Shown: positions 1-14,186, numbered from the stretch's first letter. The stretch: DNA of 64,000 bases from Octopus vulgaris (GCA_951406725.2 OX597815.1:26164001-26228000); one strand, 5' to 3'. Notes: generated by a model not told the origin, from the sequence alone. Program-made: numbers and translations.

Positions 1-103
1 CGAAAGACTAAACAAAATAGAGTCTATCCCAAATGAGTGAGTTGCGATTAAAACAACAACAACAACAACATAATAATAATAATAGTAATAATTGTAATAA
101 TCA

Positions 104-282
104 CTTTCTATTATAAGCACAAAGCCTGAAATTACATCGACCACTGTGCGTAACTGGTACTTAGTTAATCGACCCCGAAAGGCAAAGTCAACCTCAGCGG
201 AATTTGAACTCAGAACATAGCGGCAGACGAAATAGCGCTAATCATTTCTTCGGCATGCAAACGATTCTGTCAGCTCGTCGCC
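104..282 (-). mobile_element. SINE family B (tRNA-like head, central GACTTTGCCTTTCATCCTTTCGGGGTCGAT domain, Meta/Nin-like)
   Basis: Reverse complement matches the other copies at 6915, 22073, 23620 and 45627; GAGTTCAAATTCC B-box. Confidence 0.85.
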
Positions 283-284
283 TT

Positions 285-287
285 AAC

Positions 288-361
<74 letters not shown>

Positions 362-422
362 CAACAGCAACAACAGCAACAACAACAACAACAACAGCAA
401 CAACAACAACAACAACAACAAC

Positions 423-485
<63 letters not shown>
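285..485. repeat. (AAT)n/(AAC)n microsatellite
   Basis: Direct reading; explains the poly-N/L/I ORFs. Confidence 0.98.
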
Positions 486-573
486 CGTCATTTTTAACAA
501 AAGCACAGGGCCAGAAATTTAGAAAGGAGGTTGGTCAATTATTTTGTCAATTAATTTGTGGGTTGTCTCAAAT

Positions 574-1340
574 GATATCAAGATGGAGTTTGAACTTTTA
601 AAATGTACTGCGATTGTGATGACACGAGGAAAGCTTCTCAGATCAGAAAGATAAATGTATGCCAACTAGTGAAATAATGAAAGCAATTGAACCAGAATCC
701 GGATATAAATACCTAGGAATACTTGAGGTAGATGAAATAAAGCATGATGATATGAAGAGCAGACAAAGAAAGAGTATATACGGCGATTGAGAAAGATATT
801 GGATTCAAAGACTAACCATACTATTGAAGCAAGAAGACCAGATATGATCATATAGGGTAAAATAAACAAACAGTGAAAGATCATTAGTTTGGCAATTACT
901 TATGACAGCAGAGTCGATACAAAATAAATTGAAAAGAAAAATAGAGATATCAGGATCTAACCAGAAATCTGAGAAGACTGCGGAAGACCCGGACAACAAT
1001 TATTCCTATAGCAATTAGTACAATTGGCACAACACCCAAAATGCTACCATAAAGACTGAAAAAGTTTTGAATTGAAACATGCATCGTCGACCTGCAGAAA
1101 AGTACCATCCTATATTCTTTTCTACTCTAAGCACTAGGCTTGAAATTTTTGGGGAGGATGTTAGTCGATTAGATCGCCCCCAGTATGCAATTGGTACTTA
1201 ATTTATCTACCCCGAAAGGATGAAAGGCAAAGTCGACCTCAGTGGAATTTGAATACCATCGTATATTGTGCAAGAATCCTAAGGAAGATTCTTGAGATTT
1301 GAGACGACTTTTTATCACCAACGATTGTAGTAAGTATACA
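574..1340 (+). mobile_element. Decayed R4/Dong-type (RLE) non-LTR retrotransposon 3' fragment, interrupted by a SINE
   Basis: Translates to DIKMEF..KC, YKYLGILE, KEYIRRLRKIL, RRPDMII, YQDL and LQKSTILY, then resumes after the SINE as ARILRKILEI*. Confidence 0.85.
1117..1253 (-). mobile_element. 5'-truncated SINE B with 14-bp target-site duplication
   Basis: TACCATCCTATATT (1103-1116) and TACCATCGTATATT (1254-1267) flank the SINE core. Confidence 0.85.
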
Positions 1341-1729
1341 GCATGACATATATAAAAAGATATCTTTAATCGTATTGGCATACGGTTAATTATCGAAATT
1401 CGATTAGCTGTAAAAAAAAATAGAATGATAGAAAATCTGTCGCTTGTTCATCTAGTCACTTAATATATTCAGAACTTGTTGTATATATACATCCACACTC
1501 AGAAGCACGTGTTTTCAATATCTTCAGTTTTATGTGTACAGACAAGCAAACAAATGTAAAGAAGGGTTGGCATTTTTTTAAATATGTGCCCGTCTTTCAG
1601 TGTATGACAACGCCATTGTGTGGTAAGATATAAACAAGAAATCTTGCTTTAGAAACATAGGTTCCAGCAAGTTCTCACTAATACTTACAAAATTAGGTTA
1701 TATTAGCGAGTTTATATTCTCTGGCGAAG

Positions 1730-2040
1730 AACTCCTTAGATGTACAATGACGCATTAAAAGGCAGTAACCGAAGATAGAATACATTTACACACAGAACAC
1801 TAATACTAGCTAGTTAAAAAATATGGAACGAAGTATTATATCATATAAACCTCCATATTGTTTTAATGTTCGTTCAAAACTTCAACGTTATGCAAAAGCA
1901 TTTCCCCGTAGACATCATAAGATCTTCGATAGAATGGAATTAAGAAAGGCTACAGTTGCCTCAAAAACATCACTGCGTTTCTTCATACTGAAGAGAAAGC
2001 ATTCCAACGCGGATTCGCAAAACTCCATTTCTCTATAAAA
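1730..2040 (+). mobile_element. Decayed Penelope-like element fragment (RT thumb to GIY-YIG linker)
   Basis: YNDALKGS, RSIISYKPPYCFNVRS and KAFPRRHHKIFDR resemble PLE motifs YNEALKxSGY, RNIIWFNPPY and KHFP..HKIFNR. Confidence 0.65.
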
Positions 2041-3019
2041 TTGCAACAGACATATCTTCTATCTTAGCGGTAAATTTTTGTGATTATAATTTTGATTTAT
2101 ATTGATTTAAATTAAACAGTGATTTCGAGGGGCTATCGGTCGGCGGGCGCCGGTGCCCCTTTTATTATTATTATTTTTTTCCATCTTTGTCGTTTTCATA
2201 CACATTAATGTCTCTGTCCAGCCCGCAGCTACCTTTAACTGCGTACGACCTTCATGGTCAATTCGATGAAATAAAGTGAACATCTATTTCACAAACAGCA
2301 ATAAAACAAAAAAAAACTATACAGGGCTTATACAAAACGCTTTTGAAAGAAAGATTATTGCAAAGTATATACACATGCAGAAAGTGAGAAAGCCAACACG
2401 CCATCTCAAAATTAAATTGATTTTCGCATGATAGAATACACATCCTTTTTCGTTAATTGTCCCACAAAATGAAAGACGGGTAGCTTACGCAAACATTAAA
2501 TAATGGCAACAACAGATTATTTCGCAAACTTTGGCACTATTTGTAAATAACGATTTATGATTTAGGCACAGGGCCAGATGCAGACTATTTATAATAGAAT
2601 TCAATGTAAAATAAGAATTCAATTTCAGCCTAAATGTTTCTCTTTTACTTTTCACAAGTCGCAATATTATATTTTGGTTGAGCTGCCAAAAACATTAGAA
2701 AACAGGATTAAGAATTTCACAATATTTAGTTTCATCCATTTTATTTATTTGCAATTATTTCATCGTTTTGTTTTTATTTTTCGTACTCAGATTTATTTTT
2801 GAGTTCGATAAAATAAGTGACATAGTGATTTGCAATCTATACATCATAGACACACACACACACACACACACACATACACACACACACATACACACACGCA
2901 CACGCACAAGCACACGCATCCGCGAGCGCGGGCACACACGCACGCGCACAAACACACACACGCACGAGTGCTTCTCACCCATATATATATATGTGTGTGT
3001 GTGCGTATATGTGTGTATA

Positions 3020-3059
<40 letters not shown>

Positions 3060-3842
3060 TATATATGCACACATACCCATAACTTAGGTTCATAAAGAAA
3101 ATGTTTAATCCTGTTACTACATTAGTAAAAGGAAAAATTCCCTGAATTCTTCAGTAAATGAATCTATCTCAATCAATGTCCATGGGAGATTAGAAAAGCT
3201 AAATTCTTGATACAATTTTCTGAAGAATTTCTTCATGGTTATTTCAAAATATTATTGCTACATATATATTTAGTCTCTAAATTTTGGTTGATGTAATATG
3301 AAACCATTGGGAACAAGATATTATGACAAGCTTCTTCACTCTCGAATGACCCGGTTTATAACTACAAAATAAAAAAAGAAACAATTCACGGCTCTTTATC
3401 ATGAAAACTTCTCAAACTAGAATAAAATAGTTTGTCGTAAAAGAAAATATGAGACATTACGAGCAAAGCCCTTCGCTGATGAGATCTTTCAACTTCCTCA
3501 TCAGATCTCTCCACATGATTTCATTTTGTGAACAATTTCTACCTATTATTTGCAAATGGTGACCATCTTAGTTTTCTCGTATTCTACTGTTCAATTTTTA
3601 GAAGTATATACATGTATATAGTTATGCCCGAGACTGTGTGGTTAAGATACTCACTTTGCAACCACATGGTTTCGGGTTGAGCCCCAATGCATAGTAACCA
3701 GGGCAAGTGTTTTCAACAATAGCTCCGGACCGTCCAAATTAGATGGACAGTCCAAATTACATGACGTAAACTAAGTAGCTGTGATTATACATACCAGCAG
3801 CCAGTCGACGTCCACCGCGGTCCACACAATAACAAGGTCTGG

Positions 3843-3960
3843 TATTACTGGCATTCTGTCGGTTACGGCGACAAGGTTTCCAGCTGATCCGATAAACGGA
3901 GCAGCCTCCTAGTGAAATTAACGTATAAGTGGTTGAGCACTCCACAGGCACGTGTACCCT
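3843..3960 (-). mobile_element. 3' tail fragment of SINE family C
   Basis: Matches the 3' part of 30504-30875 (GTGGAGTGCTCAGCCACTT ... GTCGTAACCGAC). Confidence 0.8.
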
Positions 3961-4649
3961 GTCACAACCTGGGACCTTGAAGACTGCTATAACGCATGAA
4001 AGTATACTAGTCCCCTAATATTTTATATTCAACATTTTATCTATTCAATAAGACAATCAATACTTCATTTCATTTTACTATATATATATTATTTATACTA
4101 TATATTCTACATTCAACATTAATATTATAAAGAATATATTTAAAACATAAAAAAACAGGCAGAGTTGGAATTTTTTGAATAATATATTATATATATATAT
4201 ATTTCATATTTGTCGTCGTAACCGACGGAATACCAGTAATATATATATATTAGAAGATAGAAAAATGTGTAACATCGCCTGCAGGATACAAACGTGGCCT
4301 CAGTTGTAAATCATATTCTTTGAAAGTTTGTCACGTACACATGATGTATGAATATATATGTAAATTTATCTACGTATTTGTGTATGTGTTACTCTCCTGT
4401 ATATTTAAACAGATCTGCTACAAACAAAGAATAGAGTTTTATGGAGAAATTTTAACGGGAAAAAATAAACCTTAACAAAACATTTTTGTTCTCTATATTA
4501 GGATGTTTCCCATTTTTAAAATTCTTTATTTTCACCTAAATTGGGCTGTTTAAGAATTCATTGATTTGTCTCCCAGTGACAGAAAAAGAGAGCGAGAGAG
4601 AACGTAAGAAAGAACGTAAGGGAGAGGAATAAAGAACACATTCGAGCGA

Positions 4650-4703
<54 letters not shown>

Positions 4704-5077
4704 GCATGTGTGCGTGTGTATATGTATGTATAACCAAAGCATTTAAGAAATTTGAATAATGCCTCTAAAAATATAAACATTAGCATCTAAAACATTTGAA
4801 TAACCTAGAGAATACTTCTCCCGTTCTCCGTGGAATATATAGTGAGTAACGCTGCCAACGGTTGGCTGCACTGCGTTTTTATGATTTAAAGTTAGATCTT
4901 TTGTTTACATTTCTTCGGTAGTCAACTGTCTACCATCAGGTTATGAACGACCTTGCTACTGATACCTTTTTTTTATGTATATATATATAATCCATACACT
5001 AAATAAAATAAATTGAATAGGAAATATAGTCTTTAGAGGACTTTTATACGCTATTAGTATGGACAACTTGAAAAATT

Positions 5078-5700
5078 CTCTTTTATCTTTTACTTGTTTC
5101 TGTCATTAGACTACGGTCATGCTGGGGCACCTCCTTGAAAAAATTTTCAGTCGAATTTATCGACCCCAGTACTTATTCTATCTTTAGCCTAGTACTTACC
5201 TAAATCCTCGAGTATTTAGCTTAAGGTATATTCGCGCTCGACATTACAAAATGCGTCTGAATAAACATTGCCAGACAGCAAATAGAGACTCGGACATTGC
5301 TTAGAAAATATTTTTCATTTTTAACCTCGTATATAGTACGCACTAGAGATTTTGACCTTTAAATTTGGGGAAAAAAATGCGGATTATACACGAAGATTTA
5401 CGGTATTTTATTGGTCTATTTTGCCGAACCGCTAAGGTACGGGGACGTAAACACACTAACACCGGTTGTCAAGCTGTGGTGGAGGACAAATACAGACACG
5501 AAGACAAACGCACGCACACACACACATTACATATGCACGACGGCTTCTTTCAGTTTCCGTCTACCAAATCCACTCACAAGGCTTTTGATCGGCTCGAGGC
5601 TATAGCAGAAGACACTTGCCCAAGGTGCCACACAGTGGAACAGAATCCGGAACCATGTGGTTAGGAAACAAGCTTCTTACCTCACAGCCACTCCTGCGCC
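5078..5700 (-). mobile_element. SINE family A (GGAGTGGCTGTGTGGT head, GAAACAAGTAAAAGAGT tail), interrupted near 5200-5405
   Basis: Colinear with the full copies at 28791 and 38140. Confidence 0.85.
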
Positions 5701-6914
5701 GGTAAAAGTACCCCCAGCTGTACCTGTCCTCCAAAGAGTTCTATGAACATTTCTTCTCTTCGATTGAACATTTACTACCGGTTCACTCAATTGTAGTACA
5801 TATTTTTTATTCATATTTTGTCACCCAGGTTCGCCTCAGAGTTCTTTTCATTGTTACTCGAAACCTCAAGCAATCCTGTTTAGAGAAAACCTCTCTTAGG
5901 TTTTCTAACCTTTTGTACACAGAATCTAAAGCACTTTTTTTTTTATCAGACAAGCATTATTATTATGAACATAGGTATCAATGACATCGTCTTGTAATGA
6001 CCACATGCTAACCAAATCCCATTCCCGACTCGTGTTACAAGTTACACTTGCAACAAATGACAAGGAAATACAGATTCTCACATCCACCTCATACATATTT
6101 TCACATCCTCATCATGCAGAGAAAATTATGTCAAATTCGCCGAATATAGAAGGCACAACAGCATTTAAAGCATAATAAATACTGCATCTCAAAGGTAAGG
6201 TCACCTCTACAGGGTCAATCCATTGTACATAGGGTCAATTCATTGTACATAGAAGATTTTTACTATTTCGATAACATAACTAGTACTGCACCTTGAAATT
6301 TAGGCTGCTTCTTCAAAACCAGTGAATATCTTCGCTCTTAACAGCTACTAATTCTCTACCAAGTACATATGTACTCCAGTTTAGAGTACTAAGACGATGC
6401 AATTGATACACATACAAACATTCTCGACTATTTGTATGTGATTTACTTAACACTTTCACTTAACACGCTACGTATTTACAATAACTAGTTCATAGACAGT
6501 TTGCTTTCTCTATTATTACTAGTGCTGCTCCTGTTCCGAACATTGTAACATTCCCTAAATTATATCGAAGCAGCTTCTACTTCTCTCGTCACGCTTTCTG
6601 TGTTGCAGACCGAACTACATACTAAACATATTGCTTGATCATCTCTTGGCAGAATTTCAACAATCACACTCACAACCACGCACTTTATTTTATCAACAAA
6701 CATTGGCCTAGAGAAGTTCGAAGATTACCCTTACTATTATTTCTAGAAAAAAAAAAAACTTTTTTATATTTGGCATGAAACAACTTCAGTCAAGCACTAA
6801 TAATATTCTGGATGCAAGAATGTATTTCCCTTAAATTCTAGATTACACCTAAGAAAACTAAACAAAACAAACGAAACTTGCGGGAGAATTCATGATATGT
6901 TTATGGTTGCTTAT

Positions 6915-7142
6915 TTCTTTACTGCCCACAAGGGGCTACACACAGAGGGGACAAACAAGGACAGACAAACGGATTAAGTCGAATTTATTGACCCCAGTGC
7001 GTAACTGGTACTTATTTAATCGACCCCGAAAGGATGAAAGGCAAAGTCGACCTCGGCGGAATTTGAACTCAAAACGTAGCGACAGGCGAAATACCGCTAA
7101 GCATTTCGCCCGGCGTGCAAACGTTTCTGCCAGCTCGTCGCC
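6915..7142 (-). mobile_element. Full-length SINE B with 15-bp TSD
   Basis: TTTATGGTTGCTTAT at 6900-6914 and 7143-7157. Confidence 0.92.
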
Positions 7143-7507
7143 TTTATGGTTGCTTATGTGAGGAATTGATACTATATATAACACGCCAGTGGTATAAAAA
7201 GTTCACGTCAATGTACTTGAAACGAAAGTGTACCAGATAAAATCCAACACAAAAAAACCCTCCTTAATGTATAACACTTGTACATATTTCTACCAATCTC
7301 ACTAACTCTCTTGCACGAGCCACAGTACCTTAACACATAACCAGTTACTATCATTATGAGAGACGTTAATTTCTGCATTAAATGATGGTAGAAAACCAAG
7401 ATACATAGCACTATACGTGACTTAGCATTGCGACTATCCCTAGCATAGCTAGAGTGTGTGCCGCCCAGAGCAGCTCTTCAGTTTACAGAATGAGATAAGA
7501 CCATGAT

Positions 7508-7679
7508 CAATAGCGTAACCAAGGATTGGGGCGTCATGCGGGCGGTCCATCCCGAGCAACGCTTTCATGGGATCAATACTTTGAGGTCTGTTGTATAAGC
7601 TTGTATAGGTTGCATTAGTCCGGTAAAGACGTCAAAGTTAAGGGCTACCAAGACGGCACACACTGAAGCTGCGCCACTG
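7508..7679. mobile_element. Possible decayed hAT-type MITE
   Basis: Imperfect termini CAATAGCGTAAC and GCTGCGCCACTG (8/12 match); no clear TSD. Confidence 0.3.
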
Positions 7680-7925
7680 AATATAATTACCAGCATTGAT
7701 ACTGCGTTACATAGAAATGATTTTACGAACACCCAAAAGCAACATAAGAATCACAACCAAAACTACGTAACTAAAATAGCCAGCCCGATTACAGGTAAAG
7801 ACAATCTCAGAAGCAACGCCCCAGTACCGGTACTTAAACAGCAGAAATAAAATCGAACGTGCATTAACTAAACAAGGAAATAACAAAACCTATATAGAAA
7901 GAAACTGACAGATACATGTCTCTTT

Positions 7926-8175
7926 CTAACCGTTCAGTCGAAGTCGACTCTCGGTCACTCGTTGGATTAGTGTCCTCCAGTCAGTTCTATCCTGGGCTGC
8001 TTCTTTCAGATTGGCTATGTTCATTCCGGTATCACTCTTGATGGTGTCAAGCCAGCGGGTACTTGGTCGGCCTTTTCCTCTCTTGCCACTGACCATTCCG
8101 AGCATGATGTCCTTCTCCAGGGATTTTCTCTGTATAATATGACCGAAATATGCCAATCTATGCTTGGTGGTCCTA
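7926..8175 (-). mobile_element. RTE-clade LINE 3' end
   Basis: YFGHIIQRKSLEKDIMLGMVSGKRGKGRPSTRWLDTIK...DRTDWR, typical RTE/BovB C-terminus. Confidence 0.92.
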
Positions 8176-9073
8176 GCTTATCTGCTTAAGAACTTCTCCA
8201 TTGGTGAGCCTCGCTGTCCATGTATCCTAATGTAAATCCCAAAAGAACCAGAAGTACGCTATACAGTATTGACAAGCGAATGACAACATTAATAATTCTC
8301 ACAGCCACGTCAATCATATATCGCAATACACTCTTACACGCTCACATACATATACACTTGCACACGTTCATGCGCGTGCGTGCACACATATACACACACA
8401 AACACACACATACACACACTAATGATGAATTGGTTGTGATCGTCGGATACAATGTCTTGTAGTATTTGTTCCGATTTTCTACGCTCTAAGATCAAATTCG
8501 CCCTACATAATTTTTCGATAAAAATATACCATTCCAGGGCGGTTGATTAGCAGAGTTGTTGGTACATCGGATTAGATACCTATTCCGGCTTTTTGCGTTC
8601 TGATTTCAGATCCTGAAATGGCTTATAAAGTACTTCGTTGTCGGTTTAACACTGTGATTTGGCACTACAGGTACTTTTAAAGTTCAATCAGTCGTAAGCA
8701 TTCGGATCAGGCCTCAGGTTTGAGGGCATTTTCTTTCCTTCTTCGCACCAACCACCGAGACCTTGTTAAAAAAGGTAATAAAATAGAGTACATGTAAGTG
8801 TGTTTACTACTGATTCATTTATCACTGATCTCAGATAACACGATACGCTCTGTAGTAAACCATGGTACGCTTATCACGGATTGATCTGTGAGAAGCGTAA
8901 CATGGGTTGGTAATCGGTCAAAGATTTCGCTTCTACTGCAAAAATGTGCCCCGAAAACTATCCAAAATGCTCAGCTACCCAGAATGAATAGTCTATCACT
9001 TGCGTATAAATGACTGTGTTGCCAGCGTATATTTTATACGGATTTACGTATTTGTACCCATCAATAAAGGGCC

Positions 9074-9220
9074 AATGAAAAGGAAAAATTCGAAGACGCC
9101 TCGTCCTATCAAAAGTCGAAGGCGAGTGAACTTTAGAGAAAATCAAGAAAATATTTTACGGTGGAAGTTTTACTGCTGTTGGCTGCGAATTTGGTATCAA
9201 TGAATCTACCATTCGTTCCC
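9074..9220 (+). mobile_element. pogo/Tigger transposase N-terminal (HTH-psq) remnant
   Basis: MKRKNSK...RRRVNF followed, after a frameshift, by AVGCEFGINESTIRS. Confidence 0.6.
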
Positions 9221-9271
9221 TTTACAATGTACATTGAGAGGATTCAGTTATTACTGATTCCTTCATTATAG

Positions 9272-9316
<45 letters not shown>

Positions 9317-10069
9317 TGGAAGGGGAAACCTAACCCCATGATAAACAAAGAATTCTATTACTAAAATACAAAGAATTTTTACACCTATATCCCCAAATTC
9401 TGATAGCAACACATCGCAAAAACAAACAAATACAACGAATTGAACCTTGTATTTGTGCATACCACCTAGTCATTCGATACACTAAATAGCACTTATGTGC
9501 CAAACAGTACTCAATACATAAGATAGAGTATATTTATGTGTGCAACATCACCGTTTCATAGCAGAGAAACTCTGAGTTTCACGTGAAACGACAAATAATG
9601 TGAAACTGTGTCACGAACAAGGAACGTTTATACATTGTATATGTGTGTGAATGCGCATGCGTGTGTACGCGAATGAAAATTAAACAAACATATTGCACAT
9701 AAATATTTCTTCATTAATTTCAAGCAATTATACATTCCTCATTGACTTTGTATACTTAAGTACGCTTTACTTCATCAGTGTACCTGGCCATGGTTCACTG
9801 AGTTCGTTTTTCTTATTCATACTTCATTGATTTTATGTACCTTGCAAACAAACTAATTGACCGACAATTTCCATTATCACAGATATAACATAACATTTAT
9901 TACTCTGCTATGAAATTTTATTGTTTTGTCTCTAGTTTTTCTTCAAACGTTTTGTAATAACCAGATTTGCACAAGCTTGCTGTAACCTTCACACATATAT
10001 GTGTGCGTTTTGTGCGTATGTACGAGCGTGTAGGTGTATACACACACACACATATATATATAAAAGAAT

Positions 10070-10121
<52 letters not shown>

Positions 10122-10484
10122 ATATATATATATATATGTAATATATATGTGTGTATGTGTGTGTATTAATAAATATGTTTATGCCAACATTCATACACAT
10201 ATACAGAGAGAGAGAGGGGGGAGAAGAAACGCGAGAGTCACAAGCATGGTCCTACGGTTAAGAAGTTCGTTTCAGCCATTTGAGATTTCAAATTGAACTC
10301 CACTGTGTCACACCCTGACCAGATGAAGAATAGTTGAGAGGTCACATGCCTACTGGATCAGAATTTTAGTCTCTATATAGATGTGTGTATGTAAGAGTGT
10401 GTGTGTGCGTGTAGGAGTGTGTGTGTAAGAGTGTGTGTGTGTGTAGATATCATATGTATGTATGAATGTACGTATGTGTGCATG

Positions 10485-10530
<46 letters not shown>

Positions 10531-10644
10531 GTTTTGCATGCGTGTATAACATATCATCACTCTTCTTGATCTCTTGGCCACACACCGTAACTCCTGGATT
10601 TGCAGTGTTCTATACTCCTAAATATCGTTGTCCTATGATTTCAA

Positions 10645-10861
10645 AGGAGCGGAACTTTCTCCGTCCGGGTTGCGGATCCGTGGAATAAGCTGCCGGACGA
10701 GATAATGAAGATGCCGACGACCGCTCGGTTCAAAGTCTCCCTTGACCACAAATGGCCTGAACTCTTTACATGAACACCACCCTGTACATAACTCCATGTC
10801 CCCCTACATGGCCTTGCTTTTTGCTTTTTGAGCCAAAAAATTAACTAACTAACTAACTAAC
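10645..10861 (+). mobile_element. CR1/L2-type LINE 3' end with (TAAC)n tail
   Basis: FSVRVADPWNKLPDEIM...FKVSLD followed by a 3' UTR and TAAC repeats. Confidence 0.88.
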
Positions 10862-12169
10862 AAAGTATTAAATGGTTTATAAGGAAGTGCTTGAAAGTTT
10901 TTTGCTATTAAACTCCTTATCTATCTTGGCCCACTAACATGGAATTTTCTTATTCAAATCAATGATATTTCCTTATAGTAGACATAGGAAGTTCTCTAAC
11001 TATTCCGAGACAATCATCTGATGCTTATCAACTTCATTGAAGGCCTTGCAAAGACGAGATATAACAGATTCACATTTGAATGACCGGGTAGCTGTTTCAA
11101 TATTTAGCCTTAATATTGTAGAAGCTTTGATAGTTTTCCACCTGCTACATTTTTGATAATTTTCCACTTTGTATATTGGCCTTGAGAATCTGTTTTATTT
11201 CTCGCTTATAGCTAGAATATGGGTTGCAGGATAGATCCTGCATTTTACAATTCAGACAACTTTTGAAAATCATGTAATTCTGAAATCAGTTACGAAAATG
11301 TAAATAAATTTGTAAGATTGTAAAGTGCATTTTCAATGCTTTTACTTCTATTCATATGAAATTATAATTTGTTCTACAGTATACATACTTATATACATAC
11401 ATATATAATTATATGTACATGTATATGATTGTGTATGTGTGTGTGTGTGAATATACGCATGTATATGTAACCCAACGCTTTTTTTCTCCCTTTCTACATG
11501 ATTTAGTAAAACGAGCCGATGTACCACATGTTAAAATAGCTCTGAAATCTCACTAAGAAAAACACATACAACCACCTTAAAAATAAAAAAAGAGGACTCT
11601 AGATAAAAAAAAATAGGCAGGTGGTAGAATGTCTTTGAATATAGGTGTTAACAGTCAACACCGCTTAAGAGTTAGATAACAGCAGGGACAACAATTATCA
11701 GTATAGTTGTCAAGAAGTTACCAACAAAAAATTTAATATATTATTTCTGTTGAAATTGATCCAAAATTTCACAAAATTTCAGAAAAATTTCACAAGAAAT
11801 TCTGGGAAAAGTCCAGCAACATATACTTACTTGAAATTTACTGAGATATTTTAGTATTTTTCATTTTACACAGACAATCATAGATATATTACATAGCGTC
11901 GTCGTCGTCATATCCGCGAATTTATTTTCTTCTTCGCAGAACGCTTCTTTTATGATGATGCCGTTCATAACTCTGTATAGAAGAGTCGATGACATTGACT
12001 GCATGGTAATATTTGTGGAGGACAAGGTTAATTTTGTTGAGCCTTTTCCTCCCGTCTCTTACTTTTCTCTTCTGGTGGCTTCGGAGTTTTTGGTTCCGAT
12101 GGTGATGGAACACCACCACTTAGTACAGTCTCGGACTTGTATACAATTAGTCTGTCACTCTCTCTTCTT

Positions 12170-12495
12170 TTGTTTTCAGGCATTTTCTGGGGCTATGCTG
12201 GAACACCGCCTTTTAGTCGAACGAATCTACCCCCCACTAGGACTTATTCTTTAGAAGCCTTATTCTAACCGCTTGGTTACGGGTACGTAAACACACCAAC
12301 ATCTGTTGTCAAGCGATGGTAGAGGGGGGACAAACACGCACACACACACATACGACGGTCTTCTTTCAGTTTCTGTCAACCAAATCCACTCACAAGGGTT
12401 TCGTCGGCCCAGGGCTATAGTAGAAGACAAGGTGTGGGACTGAACCCGGAACCATGCGGTTGGGAAGCAAGCTTCTTACCACACAGCCACTCCTG
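12170..12495 (-). mobile_element. SINE family A
   Basis: Colinear with other family A copies. Confidence 0.88.
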
Positions 12496-12520
12496 TATAT
12501 ATATATATATACATACATAA

Positions 12521-12560
<40 letters not shown>

Positions 12561-12566
<6 letters not shown>

Positions 12567-12864
12567 ATCACGTGACCGACCAGACCATCAGATGTTGTTA
12601 CACATCGCTGGTCACAATGCATTCGCATTGTTTTAGCCTTCGAATGACGCCACCCCGCTGGCTAAGCGAGCAGGCCAACAGAAGAAAGATTAGGAGAAAG
12701 AGTGGTGAAATAGTACAGCAGAGATCACCCCACCCCCTGCCGGAGCCTCGTGGAGCTTTTAGGTGTTTTCGCTCAATAAACACTCACAACGCCCGGTCTG
12801 GGAATCGAAACCGCGATCCTGCGACTGCGAGTCCGCTGCCCTAACCACTAGGCCATTGCGCCTC

Positions 12865-12865
<1 letters not shown>
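12561..12865 (-). mobile_element. tRNA-Arg-derived SINE (family C head, alternative 3' tail ending CACGTGAT repeats; OR1/OR2-like)
   Basis: Head GGAGGCGCAATGGCCTAGTGGTTAGGGCAGCGGACTCG with A/B boxes, near-identical to the 30504 copy, but a different tail. Confidence 0.88.
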
Positions 12866-12907
<42 letters not shown>

Positions 12908-12927
12908 GTGTGTGTGTGTGGAGGCGC

Positions 12928-12963
<36 letters not shown>

Positions 12964-13499
12964 ATATACACACACACTCACATACACACACAGACACACA
13001 CACAAGCACACATAAACGCAAACATATGTGTGCATGTATACCTGCATGAGCTGCAGGGTTCAGTACTAAACTGCAGTTAACATCTGTCTTTGTTTAGACA
13101 ATCATGAGGAAAACGTTGAATTACATTTGAAACTGTGACGCTATGCTTACTGGCTGTTTATCTAACGGGGGAGCCAACTGCATATTATACATAATCAATG
13201 GTTTCCACTATCCCCCGTTGGGATTTTCATTTAGCTGCACTAATACCTTTTGGGAAAGTATGAACACTATTACTTTCCATTCCCACTAATCCCCATAAAT
13301 CTCAGACTGCATGTGTATTAAAGCTCAGAGGTTCATGCATATATGTAGATGGATATCTATCCTGTGTAAGCGTATAAGAGTATATGTGTGTGTTTGTATG
13401 CATGAGTGTTAGGAAGGCAGGGAGACGTCATTGTGCTGGATTAAGCAAACGGTCGTGTGAAATACATCAAGTTTTGTGCGATCTGATATATATATATGT

Positions 13500-13867
13500 A
13501 AATGGATGTATGTATGTATGTATGTATGTATGTATGTATGTATGTATGTATGTATGTATGTGTGTATGTATGTATGTATGTATGTATGTATGTATGTATG
13601 TATGTATGTATGTATGTGTGTATGTATGTATGTGTGTATGTATGCATGTATGTATGCATGTGTGTGTGTGTATGTGTATGTGTGTATGTATGTATGTATT
13701 TATAGATAATTATATACTTTGAAGTTGAGTATGTGTATGTGTGAATTTAGTTGCTAACTCAGCAGGTCTTACACAAACATTCGCTCGCTCCTACATCTAC
13801 ATTTATATACACTCTGTGTAAATGTTCTCTCTCTTTCTCCCTCTCCCTCTCTGTCCATATATATATA

Positions 13868-13929
<62 letters not shown>

Positions 13930-13963
13930 GTATATATATATTTACTTATATAGCTATATATAC

Positions 13964-13994
<31 letters not shown>

Positions 13995-14078
13995 CATGCA
14001 TACATATATATACATACATGCATATATATATATATATATATAAAATACATGCATAGATATATATCTACATACATATGC

Positions 14079-14109
<31 letters not shown>

Positions 14110-14144
14110 TACTTAATTACGTACCTACCTACCTACATACATAC

Positions 14145-14186
<42 letters not shown>

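Noticed and set aside
1505-1530. CTGAAGA..GAAA on minus
   Set aside because: No stem II and no matching stem I or UH site.
7450-7485. CTGAAGA with a good stem II on minus
   Set aside because: Lacks GAAA after the stem.
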